64,000 nt of DNA, taken from the NCBI GenBank assembly GCA_052327205.1, contig CM126209.1, forward strand, positions 34,286,001 through 34,350,000, written 5' to 3'. Below are positions 1 to 13,470 of this stretch, in pieces (within the stretch, counting starts at the first letter, position 1; the number at the start of each line of letters is the position of its first letter). The translations under genes were made by a program, and so were the position numbers. The DNA comes from Somniosus microcephalus (Eukaryota). The notes under the pieces are model-generated. The model did not search any database and had not been told where the DNA came from. It saw only the letters and a program-made list of their open reading frames with translations.

Positions 1-179
1 TTGAAGAGCCATTAAAAGAAACCTACTTCAGCAAAGACATGACTACGAGAAAATGATCAGGAACTCAAACTTTCAGTTTCCTTTGGTTAGAAAAATAAAA
101 CTGTTTTGAATCAGGAGGTGGTTATTAGCAGCATTTCAACACTCCCCAGGTAAACCTTGCAGTGAACTCTAAGCAACAT

Positions 180-680
180 AAAACAGGTGAAAACATACAA
201 CATTACAAAGAAACTCAAAGAATGGGCCTGGTGGAATACATCCTAGAATTGTCAAAGTGAAAATACTGGTAAAGGTTTAGTCGATATTTTAGAAGTTTCT
301 TGATTAGCAGGATAGCAACCATCGCAATAAGAAAACTGGGCAAGTCATGCACCTGGTAATTATAGACCAGTTAACAGTACTTCATTGAGGAAAATGCTAG
401 AGAATATTGCAGAGGGTGCAATCAGTCTTCATTAAAAGAGCGCAATGGCCATAAGAAATTGATAGTGTGGATCTAGAAGCAGCAAGTTATACTTTACTTT
501 TTAGAGTTTCAGGAGATTAGTAAACAAAATAATGGATGATGGTTATCCAGTGAACAAAATTTACTTGGATTTTCAGAAGGTACTTCCAAAAGTTCCACAT
601 GTAAGTCTTTTAAAGAATCTTGATAAACCTTATTAACTGCTGGACTAATAACTTAGTGGAAAACAAGTAATGATTAAATG
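180..680 (+). mobile_element. Degenerate CR1-type LINE RT fragment
   Basis: Decayed motifs GPGGIHPRI, PGNYRPV and IYLDFQK..KVPH are readable through stops and frameshifts. Confidence 0.7.
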
Positions 681-689
681 AATTTTTTT

Positions 690-3600
690 TTAAAAATTCA
701 TTCATGGGATGTGGACATCACTGGCAAGGCCAACATTTATTGCCCATTCCTAGTTGCCCTCGAGAAGGTGGTGGTAAGCCGCCGCCTTGAACTGCTGCAG
801 TCGGTGTGGTGAAGGTACTCCCACAGTGCTGTTAGGTAGGGAGTTCCAGGATTTTGACCCAGTGACTATGAAGGAATGGCGATATACTTTCAAGTCAGGA
901 TGGTGTGTGGCTTGGAGGGGAACTTGGAGGTGGTGGTGTTCCCAAGCGCCTGCTGCCCTTGTCCTTCTAGGTGGAAGAAGTTACGGGTTTGGGAGGTGCT
1001 GCTAAAGAAGTCTTGGCGAGTTGCTGCAGTGCATCTTCTAGATGGTATACACTGCAGCCACTGTACGCCGGTGTTGGAGGGAGTGAATGTTTAAGGTGGT
1101 GGATGGGGTGCCAATCAAGCAGGCTGCTTTGTCTTGGATGATGTCGAACTTCTTGAGTGTTGTTGGAGCTGCACTCATCCAGGCAAGTGGAGAGTATTCC
1201 ATCACACTCCTGACTTGTGCCTTGTAGATGGTGGAAAGGCTTTGGGAAGTCAGGAGATGAGACACTCGCCGTAGAATACCTAGCCTCTGACCTGCTCTTG
1301 TTGCCACAGTATTTATGTGGCTGGTCCAGCTAAGTTTCTGGTCAATGGTGACCCCCAGGATAGTGATGGCGGAGGATTCGGCAATGGTAATGCCATTGAA
1401 TGTCAAGGGGCGGTGGTTGGACTCTTGCTTCTTGGAGATAGAAGTGCCAGGCAATGACTGTGGTGCGAATGTTACCTGCCACTCATCAGCCCAAGCCTGA
1501 ACGTCATCCAGGTCTTGTTGCATGTGGGCATGGACTGCTTTATTATCTGAGGAGTTGCGAATGACACTGAACACTGTGCAGTCATCAGCGAACATCCCCA
1601 TTTCTGACCTTATGATGGAGGGAAGGTCATTGATGAAGCAGCTGTAGATGGTTGGGCCTAAAACACTGCCCTGAGGAACTCCTGCAGCGATGTCCTGGGG
1701 CTGTGATGATTGACCTCCAACCATCACAACCATCTTCCTTTGTACTAGAGTTCCCCCCCCCCCGCCACCCCCACCGATTCCGATTGACTTCAGTTTTACT
1801 AGGGCTCCTTGATGCCACAATCGGTCAAATGCTGTCTTGATGTCAAGGGCAGTCACTCTTGCCTCACCTATGGAATTCAGCTCTTTTGTCCATGTTTGGA
1901 CCAAGGCTGTAATGAGGTCTGGAACAGAGTAGTCCTGGCGGAACCCAAATTGGCATCAGTGAGCAGGTTATTGGTGAGTAAGTGCTGCTTGATAGCACTG
2001 TTGACAGCACCTTCCATCACTCTGCTGATGATTGAGAGTAGACTGATGGGGCGGTAATTGGCTGGATTGGATTTGTCCTGCTTTTTCTGGACAGGACATA
2101 CCTGGGCAGTTTTCCACATTGTCTGATAGATGCCAGTGTTATAGCTGTACTGGAACATCTTGGCTAGAGGCACGGCTAGTTCTGGAGCACAAGTCCTCTG
2201 CACTACAGCCGGGATGTTGTCGGGGCCCACAGCCTTTGTTGTATCCAGTGCGCTCAGCCGTTTCTTGATATCACGTGGAGTGAATTGAATTGTCTGAAGA
2301 CTGGCTTCTGTGGTGGTGGGGGGGACCTCAGGAAGAAGCCGATATGGATCATCCACTCGGCACTTCTGGCTGAAGATGGTTGCAAAAGCTTCAAGCTTTG
2401 TCTTTTGCACTCACATGCTAGGCTCCACCATCATTGAGGATGGGGATATTCATGGAGCCTCCTCCTCCCGTTAGTTGTTTAATGGGCCACCACCATTTAC
2501 GACTGGATGTGGCAGGACTGCACTGCTTTGTTCTGATCTGTTAATTGTGGGATCGGCTTAGCTCTGTCTATAGCATGCTGCTTCCGCTTTTTGGCATGCA
2601 TGTAGTTCTGTGTTGCACCGCATATTTAGATACGTCTGGTGCTGCTCCTGGCATGCTCTTCTACACTCCTTATTGAACCAGGGTTGCACCCCTGACTTGA
2701 TGGTAATGGTAGAGTGAGGGATATGCCGGGCCATGAGGTTACAGATTGTGGTGGAATACAATTCTGCTGCTGCTGATGGCCCACAGCGCCTCATGGATGC
2801 CCAGTTTTGAGCTGCTAGGTCTGTTCTGCATCTATCCCATTTAGCACGATGGTAGTGCCACACAACACGATGGACGGTGTCCTCAGTGTGAAGACAGGAC
2901 TTCGTCTCCACAATGACTGTGCAGTGGTTACTGCTACCAATACTGTCATGGACAGATGCATCTGCGACAGGTAGATTGGTGAAGACGAGGTCAAATAGGT
3001 TTCTCCCTCGTGTTGGTTCTCTCACCACCTGTCGCAGGCCCAAACTGGCAGCTATGTCCTTCAGGACTCGGCCAGCTCGGTCCGTAGTGGTGCTACCGAG
3101 TCACTCTTGGTGATGGACATTGATATCCCCCACCCAGAGTACATTCTGTGCCCTTGCTACTCTCAGTGCTTCTTCCAAGTGTTGTTCAACATGGAGGAGT
3201 ACTGATTCCTCAGCTGAGGGAGGGCGGTAGGTGGTAATCAGCAGGAGGTTTCCCTGCCCATGCTTGACCTGAAGCCATGAGACTTCATGGGGTCCGGAGT
3301 CAATGTTGAGGACTCCCAGGTCCACTCCTTCCCGACTGTATACCACTGTGTCGCCAACCCTGGTGGGTCTGTCCTGCTGGTGGGGCAGGACATACCCGGG
3401 GATGGTGATGGAGGAGTTTAGGACATTGGCTGAAAGGTATGATTCCGTGAGTATGACTATGTCAGGCTGTTGCTTGACTAGTCTGTGGGACAGCTCTCCC
3501 AATTTTGGCACAAGTCCCCAGATGTTTGTGAGGAGGACTGGGCTGGGTGTGCCATTGTCGTGTCTGTAGCCGGTGCCGAGGTCAATGCCAAGTAGTCCGT

Positions 3601-3934
3601 CTGGTTTTATTGTTATTCGTAGCAGTTTTTTTTTACAACTGAGTGGCTTGCTAGGGCAGTTAAGAATCAACCACATTGCTGTGGGTCTGGAGTCACATAT
3701 AGGCCAGACCAGGTAAGGATGGCAGATTTCCTTCCCTGAAGGACATTAGTGAATCAGATGAGTTTTTATGACAATCCGATAGTTTCATGGTCACTATTAC
3801 TGATACTAGCTTTTTATTCCAGATTTATTTAATTTAAATTCCCCAGCTGCTGTGGAGGGATTTGAACTCACTTCTCTGGATCATTATTCCAGGCCTCTGG
3901 ATTACTAGTCTAGTAACATAACCACTATGCTACC
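690..3934 (-). mobile_element. Near full-length, frameshifted CR1/L2-group LINE (APE endonuclease + RT) with a tRNA-like 5' head
   Basis: Successive minus ORFs: 3101-3676 (PDIVILTESYL, TYRPP, VGDIN), 2558-3043 (EPTRGRNLFDLVF, SNH), 1877-2410 (GPDNIP, PANYRPISLLS) and 1038-1904 (LDIKTAFD, GVPQGSVLGP, FADD). An A-rich 3' end lies near 682-690. Confidence 0.92.
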
Positions 3935-5234
3935 GGGTGACAAGAACTAAGGAATTCTGCAAGGATCTTTCCAGGGCCCATTATTGTTCACAATATCTCT
4001 AAATAACAGAGTGGAGAACATATTGTTATAAAATTTTTGATGACATTGAAGTATGTAGCTAGGTGACAAACGTAAGTTATTAATATAATTCAAAAGGAAT
4101 GAATTATATGGATGAACTAAGGAATAGGCCTCACTACATCTTTTATCTTTTTTTTTGGCGGGGGGGGGGCGGGGGGGCGGGCGGGGGACATCTATCCCAG
4201 ACTTGTGCATCAGGTGAAATATGTTAAGTACAACACAAATAGCTGGAAGGAGTGATACCAACTGCAAAAGAATATACAAAGATAAAACTGTTTTTTGTGT
4301 GCATTCGTTTAGTCTTTGATGCTGCAACTACAGTAATAGTTAGCCTTTTAATTTGTGCAATAGTAACATTTGAATGTAGTGTGTGTCTGGAAAGAACTCT
4401 GAACACAGTTTGCTTAAAATATTTCTTCTGCATATAAAATAATATTTTAACACATTTTTTGTAAATTGAGAGTCTGGTACATGCCCTCTATCTAAATGGT
4501 TAAGGATTTGACCACTGAATTATTGATAGTGGATACACATTACATAGTGTTAATCTCCAGTATCTTCTAAATTTTACTACATTAAATAACAACATTGTAA
4601 TCTCTGATTTAAAGTAACCTTAAAACAATGTCAGTATAGTTGAAAATTACACAAGTCAACAGTTTACTTTTTATGTATGAAAATAGCAAAGTGGCAATAC
4701 CACCCTTTAAGGAATAGTTTTCATATTTTATTTCATAAGCATATTCATTCATATCCTCATTTCCACTGCTTTTCAAAGTAGCAATTCTAACTGCAGGAGA
4801 ATTAGTATAGTATTGGTACTTTACAATTAGCAGAATGCTGGAAAACTTGGTTTCTTAATGTTTATCCACACATTTCAAATGATAAGCACGTATATTCATA
4901 CAATAAATCATGGTTACAAGGGGCTATGAAAATAATTACAGTAATAAATGCATTTGAGTAATTACAAAGATCTCAACTCACTTGCTTAAGCAGTTAAATA
5001 TGAAATCATAAAACAGTATATATATTATATGAATGCACTCTACCACACAATTGTGTTAATCATGAAATTAAAAAACAATTACTATTGTTTTTAACTATCA
5101 CACTAAAAGGCAATTGCAACTAGAGATCTAAACCCACATGTATTAAGGATAGAGGTAAGTTATTTGGTAGCAGAGATTTATATAACAATTTCAAGGCACA
5201 TTACCCATTCCTTCAGGTTGTCTTTTTAAGAAAA

Positions 5235-5622
5235 GGAAGCATTTACATAATGATTTATCATGTCCTTGGGACATCTCAAAGCAATTCTGATGAATTTCAT
5301 TTAAAGTGTAGTTAGTCACTGTTACTATGTAAACAAATGTGCCAGTCAATCTGTGCACAGCAAGATCCCACAAATAGCAAATGAGGTCGCTAACCAGTTC
5401 ATCGGTTTTTGATGGTGCTAGCTGAGGAAGAAATTTTGGCAGGAGACCAGGAGAACTCCCTGTTCTTCTTTGGCTAATGCTGTGAAATCTTTTAGCTGAA
5501 CTCACAAAGGTAGATGAGTTTGCAGTACAAGGTCTCATCCACACTGAAGTGTCAGCCTGCAGCGAGGCTTGAACACACAATCCTCTGACTCAGAGGCAGG
5601 AGTGCCACCAACTGAGCCAAGC
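5235..5622 (-). mobile_element. DeuSINE (SacSINE1/AmnSINE1-like), degenerate
   Basis: Reverse complement of the copies at 10787 and 36639: head cttggctcagttggtggcac, body tttgtgggatcttgctgtgcaca. Confidence 0.75.
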
Positions 5623-7676
5623 TAGCAAAAATCCACACAAATCTTGTAACTGTTTCCAAATCTACCTATTTCATAATACAATATATTAAAAATCCAACAC
5701 CTGCATGCAGTTCCTGTCTGCACCACTTGATGGCCTATTGTCAAGTTTGTCACTTTTTTTGTGGCAACTTTTTTCCTCATAAAGTCCCATGTCCACATTT
5801 ATTATGGAAAATATCCATATAAACTTATTGCTCGATTTGACCACCAGGTTCTCAAAAAAAAAATTCTGAATCTTAACAACTAAAATCTCTAAAATCACAA
5901 ACAAAGCACCTTTGATGGAATGAGATAGGAAGGTCAGGTGTGTGCGTGTGCGTGTGTGAAGGGTAAATAATATCAATTTTTTGGTGAGTGAATGACCCAT
6001 TCATTTTTCTAGATTAGCACTAATTACACCTAAGTGGGTGAATCGCAAGATATATATTGATGTCAAAGTCCATTCAGTTCACTTTAATCCATCCAGAAAA
6101 ACAGTGCCATCACAACCGCCAACTGTCTCAAATAATTCCAAATGGCAATCTGATCCTGGACCACCACTGCTGCAAATTTGACCACCCCAGTGGTAACTAT
6201 GTGATAACAGCCAGAGGATGTCTCTCCCGCTGATTTCCCTATCCCACCCCAGCGGCTCATAATTAAGCAAGGAAGGATCTGTTTGTATCCACCCCACAGC
6301 AACACGGCTGAGATCAGGAACTCAACAGTGTGGGAGATTTCCAGTGCAAACTCATCCTACTACACTAAACAGACCATTGCGATAAGTTACGACACCACAT
6401 CACTATGCAATAGTTCTGTTCATACAATCCTTCCTGTTTGAAAGAGTAGCTAATGGTTTTGTAGTTAAAGGAGGAAAGTATTCTAACGGTCTAATCTTCA
6501 TGTGCAAGTGCATTTAACATCATAAATTTCTATAACTGTAACCACCCAGTTTTGTAACTGGTTAACATCTATTTGTTAATAAACACAATTTGTTCATGCA
6601 AATATTGTTGCACATAATAGGTGACAATAAAACATTTAATATTTATTAAAAATAAATGATTTCGGAATGTCAATTACCTTTAAAACTATTGCAGTGAAGT
6701 TTGTTCTGCACAGCGAGAGCTGCAGTCTCATTACGAGCCTGGAGGTTACAATTAAACACCCAGCATGACTACCATAGGCTCCAATTACAATTATTAAAAA
6801 AAAGATTTTTTTCTCCACAATTATCTTAGAAAAGACTTCAAATCATAACCAAAAAGCACAGAGCAACCTAAATGCCAAATTTTGTATGTGATTAGAGGTT
6901 TTTTGAGTCATTTGAAATTATTTTTTAAAAAATACAGTAGTTTCACAATAAAATAGAGTTTTCAAAAGTTTGCATTGATACTATTAAGACCCCTTCAACA
7001 ATTCTGTGCTATTTCCCATATCTGATGGATACTTGGATTAGGATCATGTTAAAAAAAATGCTGCAGATAAAAACAAAAGTGTTTTCAGCACTCAGTTATA
7101 ACTATTTCCAACAAAAAGCCTTTGTATTAATAGGTTTATGACAAACAGCAGAACTGATATCCTGACCATTTTGTGGCCTAGTTATATTGTTGTGTAACTC
7201 ATGTTCTGTGTTGTACTGATGCAAAAACAGCATCAGCAAAGTGGGCAAAAAGATGGCGCATTACATTTACCAAATGGGGCGGGAACCTTACACCATTTCA
7301 GCTTTGCGCTATGGGACCACCTTGCAACTTTTTAACATTAACAAAGAACTGGCTATCCCAATGGCTCTTTGCAGACATTAAAAAATGTAACAAGCATTTC
7401 AGCACCACAGTTTGTATACAGCTACACTTGCTTGACCCGACACCAATATGGCTCTGCGTCATTCTAAGCAGGTACTGCTCAAACATCATTATAGATATGC
7501 GATATGGGGAAAAGCACACAAGCTAGCAGTGCAAATGGTGTGAGGGGTGAGGTTGTAATCCAACAACCTGCATTTAGAAAACACCTTTAATATAGAAAGA
7601 TATCCCAATAGTGGATCCACCTTGATATTGCTCATGGTGAACCAGAGGATATGCTGCTTTATAGCATGGAGGCTAT

Positions 7677-8640
7677 GGGACAGAATTTGTACAGAGTACG
7701 CCGTCACACCCCCTTTGAAATTGACCGCAAGTACAGGATTTGCGCATGCGCTAAATCCCGAACTTGCGATCTATCAAGTTCTGACTAAACAGAGCATCCG
7801 CTGTGACTGTCAAATCCTCATTGCTGGTGCAATGTTGGGCTAATTGCCCACCAACTGCACATCTATTACAAAGGAAAATTTTATGGCTGGTGCAAACAGG
7901 CGCAGGAGCCTGTTTGCACAGCATAAGGGGAGGTGGAATATGCAATATTAGGTGAAGCATCAAAACAGCAGCTTGAAATATGGTTTCAGTGTGCGCTGAA
8001 TGGGTTTAAAACTTATCAAACTTAAGGGCAGTTAAGATAAAGTAAGATTAAATATAAATAACTGTCCTTCCAGGAACAGCAAGTGCTAATTACACGGTTT
8101 CAAAAGACAGGTTCTCATAAATCTTCAGGTTAATGAACTTGGTATATTTCAGAGATTTAGGGCACTTTAATTTTTTGTGCATTTAAAATCATGTCTGTAA
8201 TAAGTTCACGGCTAAATGCAACATTGCTTAAATGGAATGGCAGGTTCCAAAGCTCTAAGTGCGTGTCGCCATTTAGAGATTAATTTTTTCTTGCATGGCC
8301 TAAATATTGGAAGTCGACCCACACTTCCACATGAAATTCTGCCGTACATGCCAAGGTGCACCAGAAACAGGACGGCAGAAAAGCCTTCTCAAATCCATGC
8401 CCTACAAATGAATGGGCATCAGCGATTTCTGTTTCCTGATTGGCATACCACCCCACTTGATCCCAGGTATGCTTACGCACACGATACACCCCTGGGATCA
8501 GTGGGTCACTACACTGCGCACAATTCCACAACGAAATAACACAAGTTTTCGAAGGGGGCCTCGCATCAGTTAAGTGTGGATTTCGTTCGGAGGTCGGCGG
8601 CGCACTCCTTAGCTGCGCTGCCGGCCAGAGTTTGAGCCAA
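7677..8640 (+). mobile_element. Diverged palindrome-rich MITE related to the 27345 and 61958 copies
   Basis: Shares the internal order: GCGCATGCGC hairpin (7725-7770), caggcgca/gcctg hairpin (~7890-7920), AT-rich middle, then gattggc..tgatcccagg..cccctggga (~8438-8500). TIRs are poor; tat/tat flanks are a possible TSD. Confidence 0.55.
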
Positions 8641-8844
8641 TATGTCACGCCATGTTAGATACAGTGTAATATCATGGCCACCGAATTATGGCAACCGAGT
8701 AAATCAAATTCAGTTTATGATATTCTGAGATTTTTACTGCTGCTTTGGAGGTCCAATTCCATGACATTTATGGCCCAGTAATTATTTTCCCTTCTGACTG
8801 ATAGAAATCCTGGTCTTTTAGGCTTGTCTACTCAAGAACTGTGA

Positions 8845-9100
8845 ACGTAGGAACAGGAGTAGGTAATTCAGCCCCTCGCGCATTTTCTGCCATTCAATTG
8901 GATCATGGCTGATCTGTACCTCAACTCCATTCACCCACCTTTGTTCATAATCCCTTGATCCCCATACCCAAAAAAATTCTATCGATCTCAGTCTTGAAAT
9001 TTTCAATTGACCCAGCATCCACAGCCATTTGAGGGAGCGAGCTCCAGATTTCCACTACCCTTTGTGAAAAACTGCTTTCTGAATTCATAGCCAAATGGCC
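8845..9100 (-). mobile_element. CR1 LINE 3' end fragment
   Basis: gaacaggagtagg..ttcagcccctc...ccattcaat..gatcatggctgatc matches the 3' UTR of the intact CR1 at 48253. Confidence 0.8.
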
Positions 9101-9744
9101 TGTGGTGTCAAGTTTGAAGCTTCATGATTCACTGTGCCAAATTTGGCACTTTATCAGAGTAAGAAAATAATGTCAGCCAAATTCACAAGCAATAATTCTG
9201 TCCAACATTTGATTGGATATATGCCGTTCGTTCTTCACAGACCCAAGACCTGTGTCTCCAGTCATCATTTCATTAGCACTTTGGAGTCATACCATGTGGC
9301 AATAACCATGATGTTTTGGAGCACTTATACTTGTTAAAGGCACTGTGATTAGCCCAAGATCAGCAAAAATCTGTGGTGACTGAAGAAAGCAGAAGGAAAC
9401 ATTCAAGTTTGGAGATAAATTCCTGGTCTTTGGTTTTTACTTGCACAGTCTAAGAGTATGGAGAGATGAAGAGCTGGTCTACAGCAGTGTTAAAGAAATT
9501 GTAAAAATGCATAATTTCCTATATCATTAAACGAATACAGAACAATTAGCCTGAAGTGTGATTCTAATGGCTATATGTTAGGTTTCTGATGCTATGAACT
9601 GGAATTGCATAACTCATGTAGTTATCGGAACCCCAAGATTATGTTATATACTTGAACAAAACCATTTAAAACGATTTACAAAGTATAGAGCCTGCAAAGG
9701 CTCAGATGATAAAGATAGTGTAATTGAGCTATACAGATTATAAG

Positions 9745-10050
9745 GACCTAGGTTCATTCACCTTAGGCCATCTCAGATGATGCAGCAGTACAATTGATAT
9801 CAAAGCCCCTCGACTAGGGAAGGGTAAATTCGCCAGTGTTCCTACTCCTAACAGCTATCCTATTACTGCTGCTGGGGAAAAAAGGTGTGTATAATAAATA
9901 TATATATTTGTCAGGTAAGGTTAAGATTGAGTCTGGCTGTAGTGCACCACAGTGAAATAACCTGCCAGCATTCACTGTCTGAGTTCACACTTGGAGAAGG
10001 CACTGTGTGGGGTGTCAGTCCCTTCAGAAAAAGGAGGGGAGAAAATTAGA
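9745..10050 (+). repeat. Old dispersed SINE-like repeat, copy 1 of about 4
   Basis: gccagtgttcctactcctaacagctatcc is the reverse complement of a motif found at ~27088, ~37894 and, more weakly, ~58855. Confidence 0.5.
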
Positions 10051-10786
10051 GTAGAATATTTTTTGAATCTTGGAAGAAAAAAAATGAAAGCTCTTTTCTG
10101 ATCAATGGTTTTGGTTCTCTGTGGTGTGCATAAAACATGCATGTTTCAAAAAGCAGTACTATTGCATTCAAATTCTGACAGTATCTATGGTACAGTATGG
10201 GTTAAGACACTGGTGCAAAATTTCATCTTCAGCACACTGGCACTGAGCTTTGTTTGCCAGAGAGCATATTGGAATATGAAAGAGCATCCCAGCATGTGAA
10301 GCTCTGGGCCAGTAGCACTGAAAACCCAAATTTACCCCTCTGAACAAGAAAGGCTAGTTACAGATTATACCCATTCTATTCAAAGTCTTCATCAATCATT
10401 AGTTGGATGGCATCATAAGGGACGCATTTATAGTGCTGGTTAAAGTCATTTCTGAAAGGATTGTGGCATTACTTTTCATCAATGATATTGTGTTATTGGT
10501 CAATTTGGCTGGGGATCTTGTGCACTCAATGCCATCTTGAACAATGAGCTTACCAATGAGATATAATTGACTGGAAGATACAAGGGGCATCTGTCCTAAT
10601 TGTTGATATCAGTACCTGGGGGTTCAGTGAATGCCAACTTTAGCTTGAGCACAGTAATTTGTGCCAATAATGAGAAGAGGTAAAGGGATGCTGGTCTCTC
10701 TAAATTTCCTCCCCCCAGAATGACAACAAAACTCCAATTCAGATTAAGCATGTGGTGTACAAGACATGTATCCAAACAATTATGCG

Positions 10787-11220
10787 TCAGCCTTGGCTCA
10801 GTGGCAGCACACTCACCTCCGAGTCAAGGTTCTGGATTGGAGTCCCAATCCAGAGCCTGGAGCGCATAATCCAGGCTGACATTTCAGTGCAGTATTGAGG
10901 GAGTGCTGCACTGTGGAACATGCCATCTTCCAGATGAGACATTAAACCAAAGTCCTGTCTGGCCTCTCAGGTGGAAATAAAAGATTCCATAGCACTATTC
11001 AGAGAAGAACAGGGTAATTCTCCCAGTGTTGTAGCCACTATTTATCCCTCAACCAACATCACTAAAACAAATTATCTGATCATTATCCCACTGCTGTTTG
11101 TGGGACCTTGCTATGCACAAATTGGCTGCCACGTGACTACACTTCAAATGTATTTCATTGGCTGTAAAGCACTTTGGGACTTCCCGACGTTGTGAAAGGC
11201 GCTATGTAAATGTAAGCTCT
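10787..11220 (+). mobile_element. DeuSINE (SacSINE1-like), near complete
   Basis: tRNA-like head cagccttggctcagtgg, Deu-like core cagatgagacattaaacc...gtttgtgggaccttgct, and L2-like tail gtgaaaggcgctatgtaaatg. Confidence 0.82.
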
Positions 11221-12125
11221 TTTGGTCTTTCTTATCTGTGGTTTAGAGCGTCTAGGCAAGTAAAGGAAAGGCTGCCTTCAGTTCATGGACAAAATCCAGG
11301 ACCAAGCTGTTGAGTAGATTTGTGGGGGAGAAAATGAACAACTATAGGGAACGAGGTTCTCCAGCCTACACTGATCTATTAGCATCTTACAGGTGGAAAA
11401 TCAGCTATGCAGCAAACATGTCTTTGGAGCTGGATTAAGCTGTTGGTGGTGAGTAGCTCGTTATAGTTAGAACTTCGCACATTGTCCTATTCAGTACCTT
11501 CCACCACATTGAATGCAGATTTCTGTCATTTAAATGGTGAGGAAACTGAGGCTTAGGATAACTGCTGCTGGAAAATGTTACTCGAGGGTGGATATTCAAA
11601 TATACGCCCAAATATCCAGGTTTCAGTGTCTACGTTGATGAGGTTAGAGAGACAAACAGTTGTTGCTGAATCTCCATACTCCAAATGGACATTCTGTCGA
11701 TGTGTTATGGCATCTGTCCATGTGGTCAAGACGATGGTGGCAATTCACTCAACTGTGTAGCTCAGCATGCTGTTTGGGATAAGTTCCATTTACCCACTGC
11801 TTGAATAGCAATGAGCCAATACCTAACTTGGTCAGTTGTCCAGCAGCCAACTAGTGACTATCTTGCTGAGTGGAATTTATTTTGAGTGAAGCTAGCTCTA
11901 AGATGACATGTCTGGCAGTGGGAGATTGGAATAGAATTACTCCTCTGTGGAAGAGTTAATAATCCGACACCCAAATCAGGCATGTCCAGAATACTGTTGG
12001 TGATTAACTAGCCAGCCTAGCTGATTGACAGGACATCAATTGGTCACTTGGGACTGGAATTCTTCCTACTTGCTCCAGATAAACTTGTAAATCAACAAGA
12101 AATAGGATGGACAAGCCATGGGAAG

Positions 12126-13395
12126 CTTCTTCTCCTTCTTAGGCAGTCCCTCGGAACCAAGGATGACTTGCTTCCACATTAAAAATGAGTTCTCAGGTGA
12201 CTGAGGAGTCCAATGCGGGACCTACAGTCTCTGTCACAGGTGGGGCTTGGTTATCGTGCGCTCCTTGCGCTTGGCTTCCGCTTGCTCCCAGCGAAGAGAC
12301 TCGAGGTATTCGGCGCCTTCCCGGATGCTTCTCCTCCACTTTGTGCGGTCTTGGGCCAGGGATTCCCAGGTGTCGGTGGGGATGTTGCACTTTTTCAAGG
12401 AGGCTTTGAGGGTGTCCTTGAAGTGTTTCCTCTGCCCACCTGGGCTCTCTTGCCGTGTTGGAGCTCCGAGTAGAGCGCTTGTTTTGGGAGTCTCGTATCG
12501 GGCATGCAGACGATGTGACCCATCCATCAGAACTGATTGAGCATGGTCAAAACTTTGATGCTGGGGATGTTGGCCTGAGCGAGAACACAGGTGTTGGTGC
12601 ACCTATCCTGCCAATGGATTTGCAGGATCTTGCGGAGGCAGCGTTGGTGGCACCTCTCCAGTGCTTTGAGGTGCCTGCTATACATGGTCCATGTCTCTGA
12701 GGCATACAGGAGGACGGGTATTGCTACTCCTCTGTAGACCATGAGCTTGGTGCTGGGTTTGAGGTCCTGGTCTTCAAACACTCTCTTCCTCAGGTGACCG
12801 AAGGCTGCACTGGCACACTGAAGGCGGTGTTGGACCTCGTCATCGACATCTGCCCTTGTTGACAGTAGGCTCCCGAGGTATGGAAAGTGGTCCGCGTTGT
12901 CCAAGGCCTTGTCGTGGATTTTGATAATCGGGGAGCAGTACTGTGTGGCGGGGGCAGGTTGGTAGAGGACCTTTGTCTTATGGATGTTTAGTGTAAGGCC
13001 CATGCTCTCGTACACTTCAGGGAAGGTGTTAACAATGGGTTGGAGTTCGACCTCCGAGTGTGCGCAGACGACAGAGGATGGGATGACCTTGGATCTGGAC
13101 TGGAGGCGACGGAGGTTGAACAGTTTCCCGTTGTTCTGTAAATTAGCTCCACTCCAGTAGGGAGCTTACTGAGGGCGAGATGGAGCATTGCAGCAAGGAA
13201 GATCAAGAAGAGCGTTGGTGCGATGACACAACCTTACTTGACCCAGGTCCATACGTGAATTGGGTCTGTGGTGGAACCGTTGGTCAGGATCACGGCTTGC
13301 ATGTCGTCGTGAAGCAGGCGGAGGATGGTGACAAACTTTTGAGGGCAGCCAAATTTGAGGAGGACACTCCATAATCCCTCACGGTTGACAGTATC
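12126..13395 (-). mobile_element. 5'-truncated RTE-clade (BovB-like) LINE
   Basis: ORF 12527-13015 has GLTLNIHKTKVL, FPYLGS and LLYASETWT; the tail is (GAA)n-like at ~12126-12140. It is highly similar to 54428-55441, and the YAD motif is deleted near 13070. Confidence 0.92.
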
Positions 13396-13470
13396 GATTA
13401 GCAATGTTCTTTACTGCCAAGCTGTGAGGTTTTGGCTGGTTAAATTCCAACACTACTCCTGCACACATTT

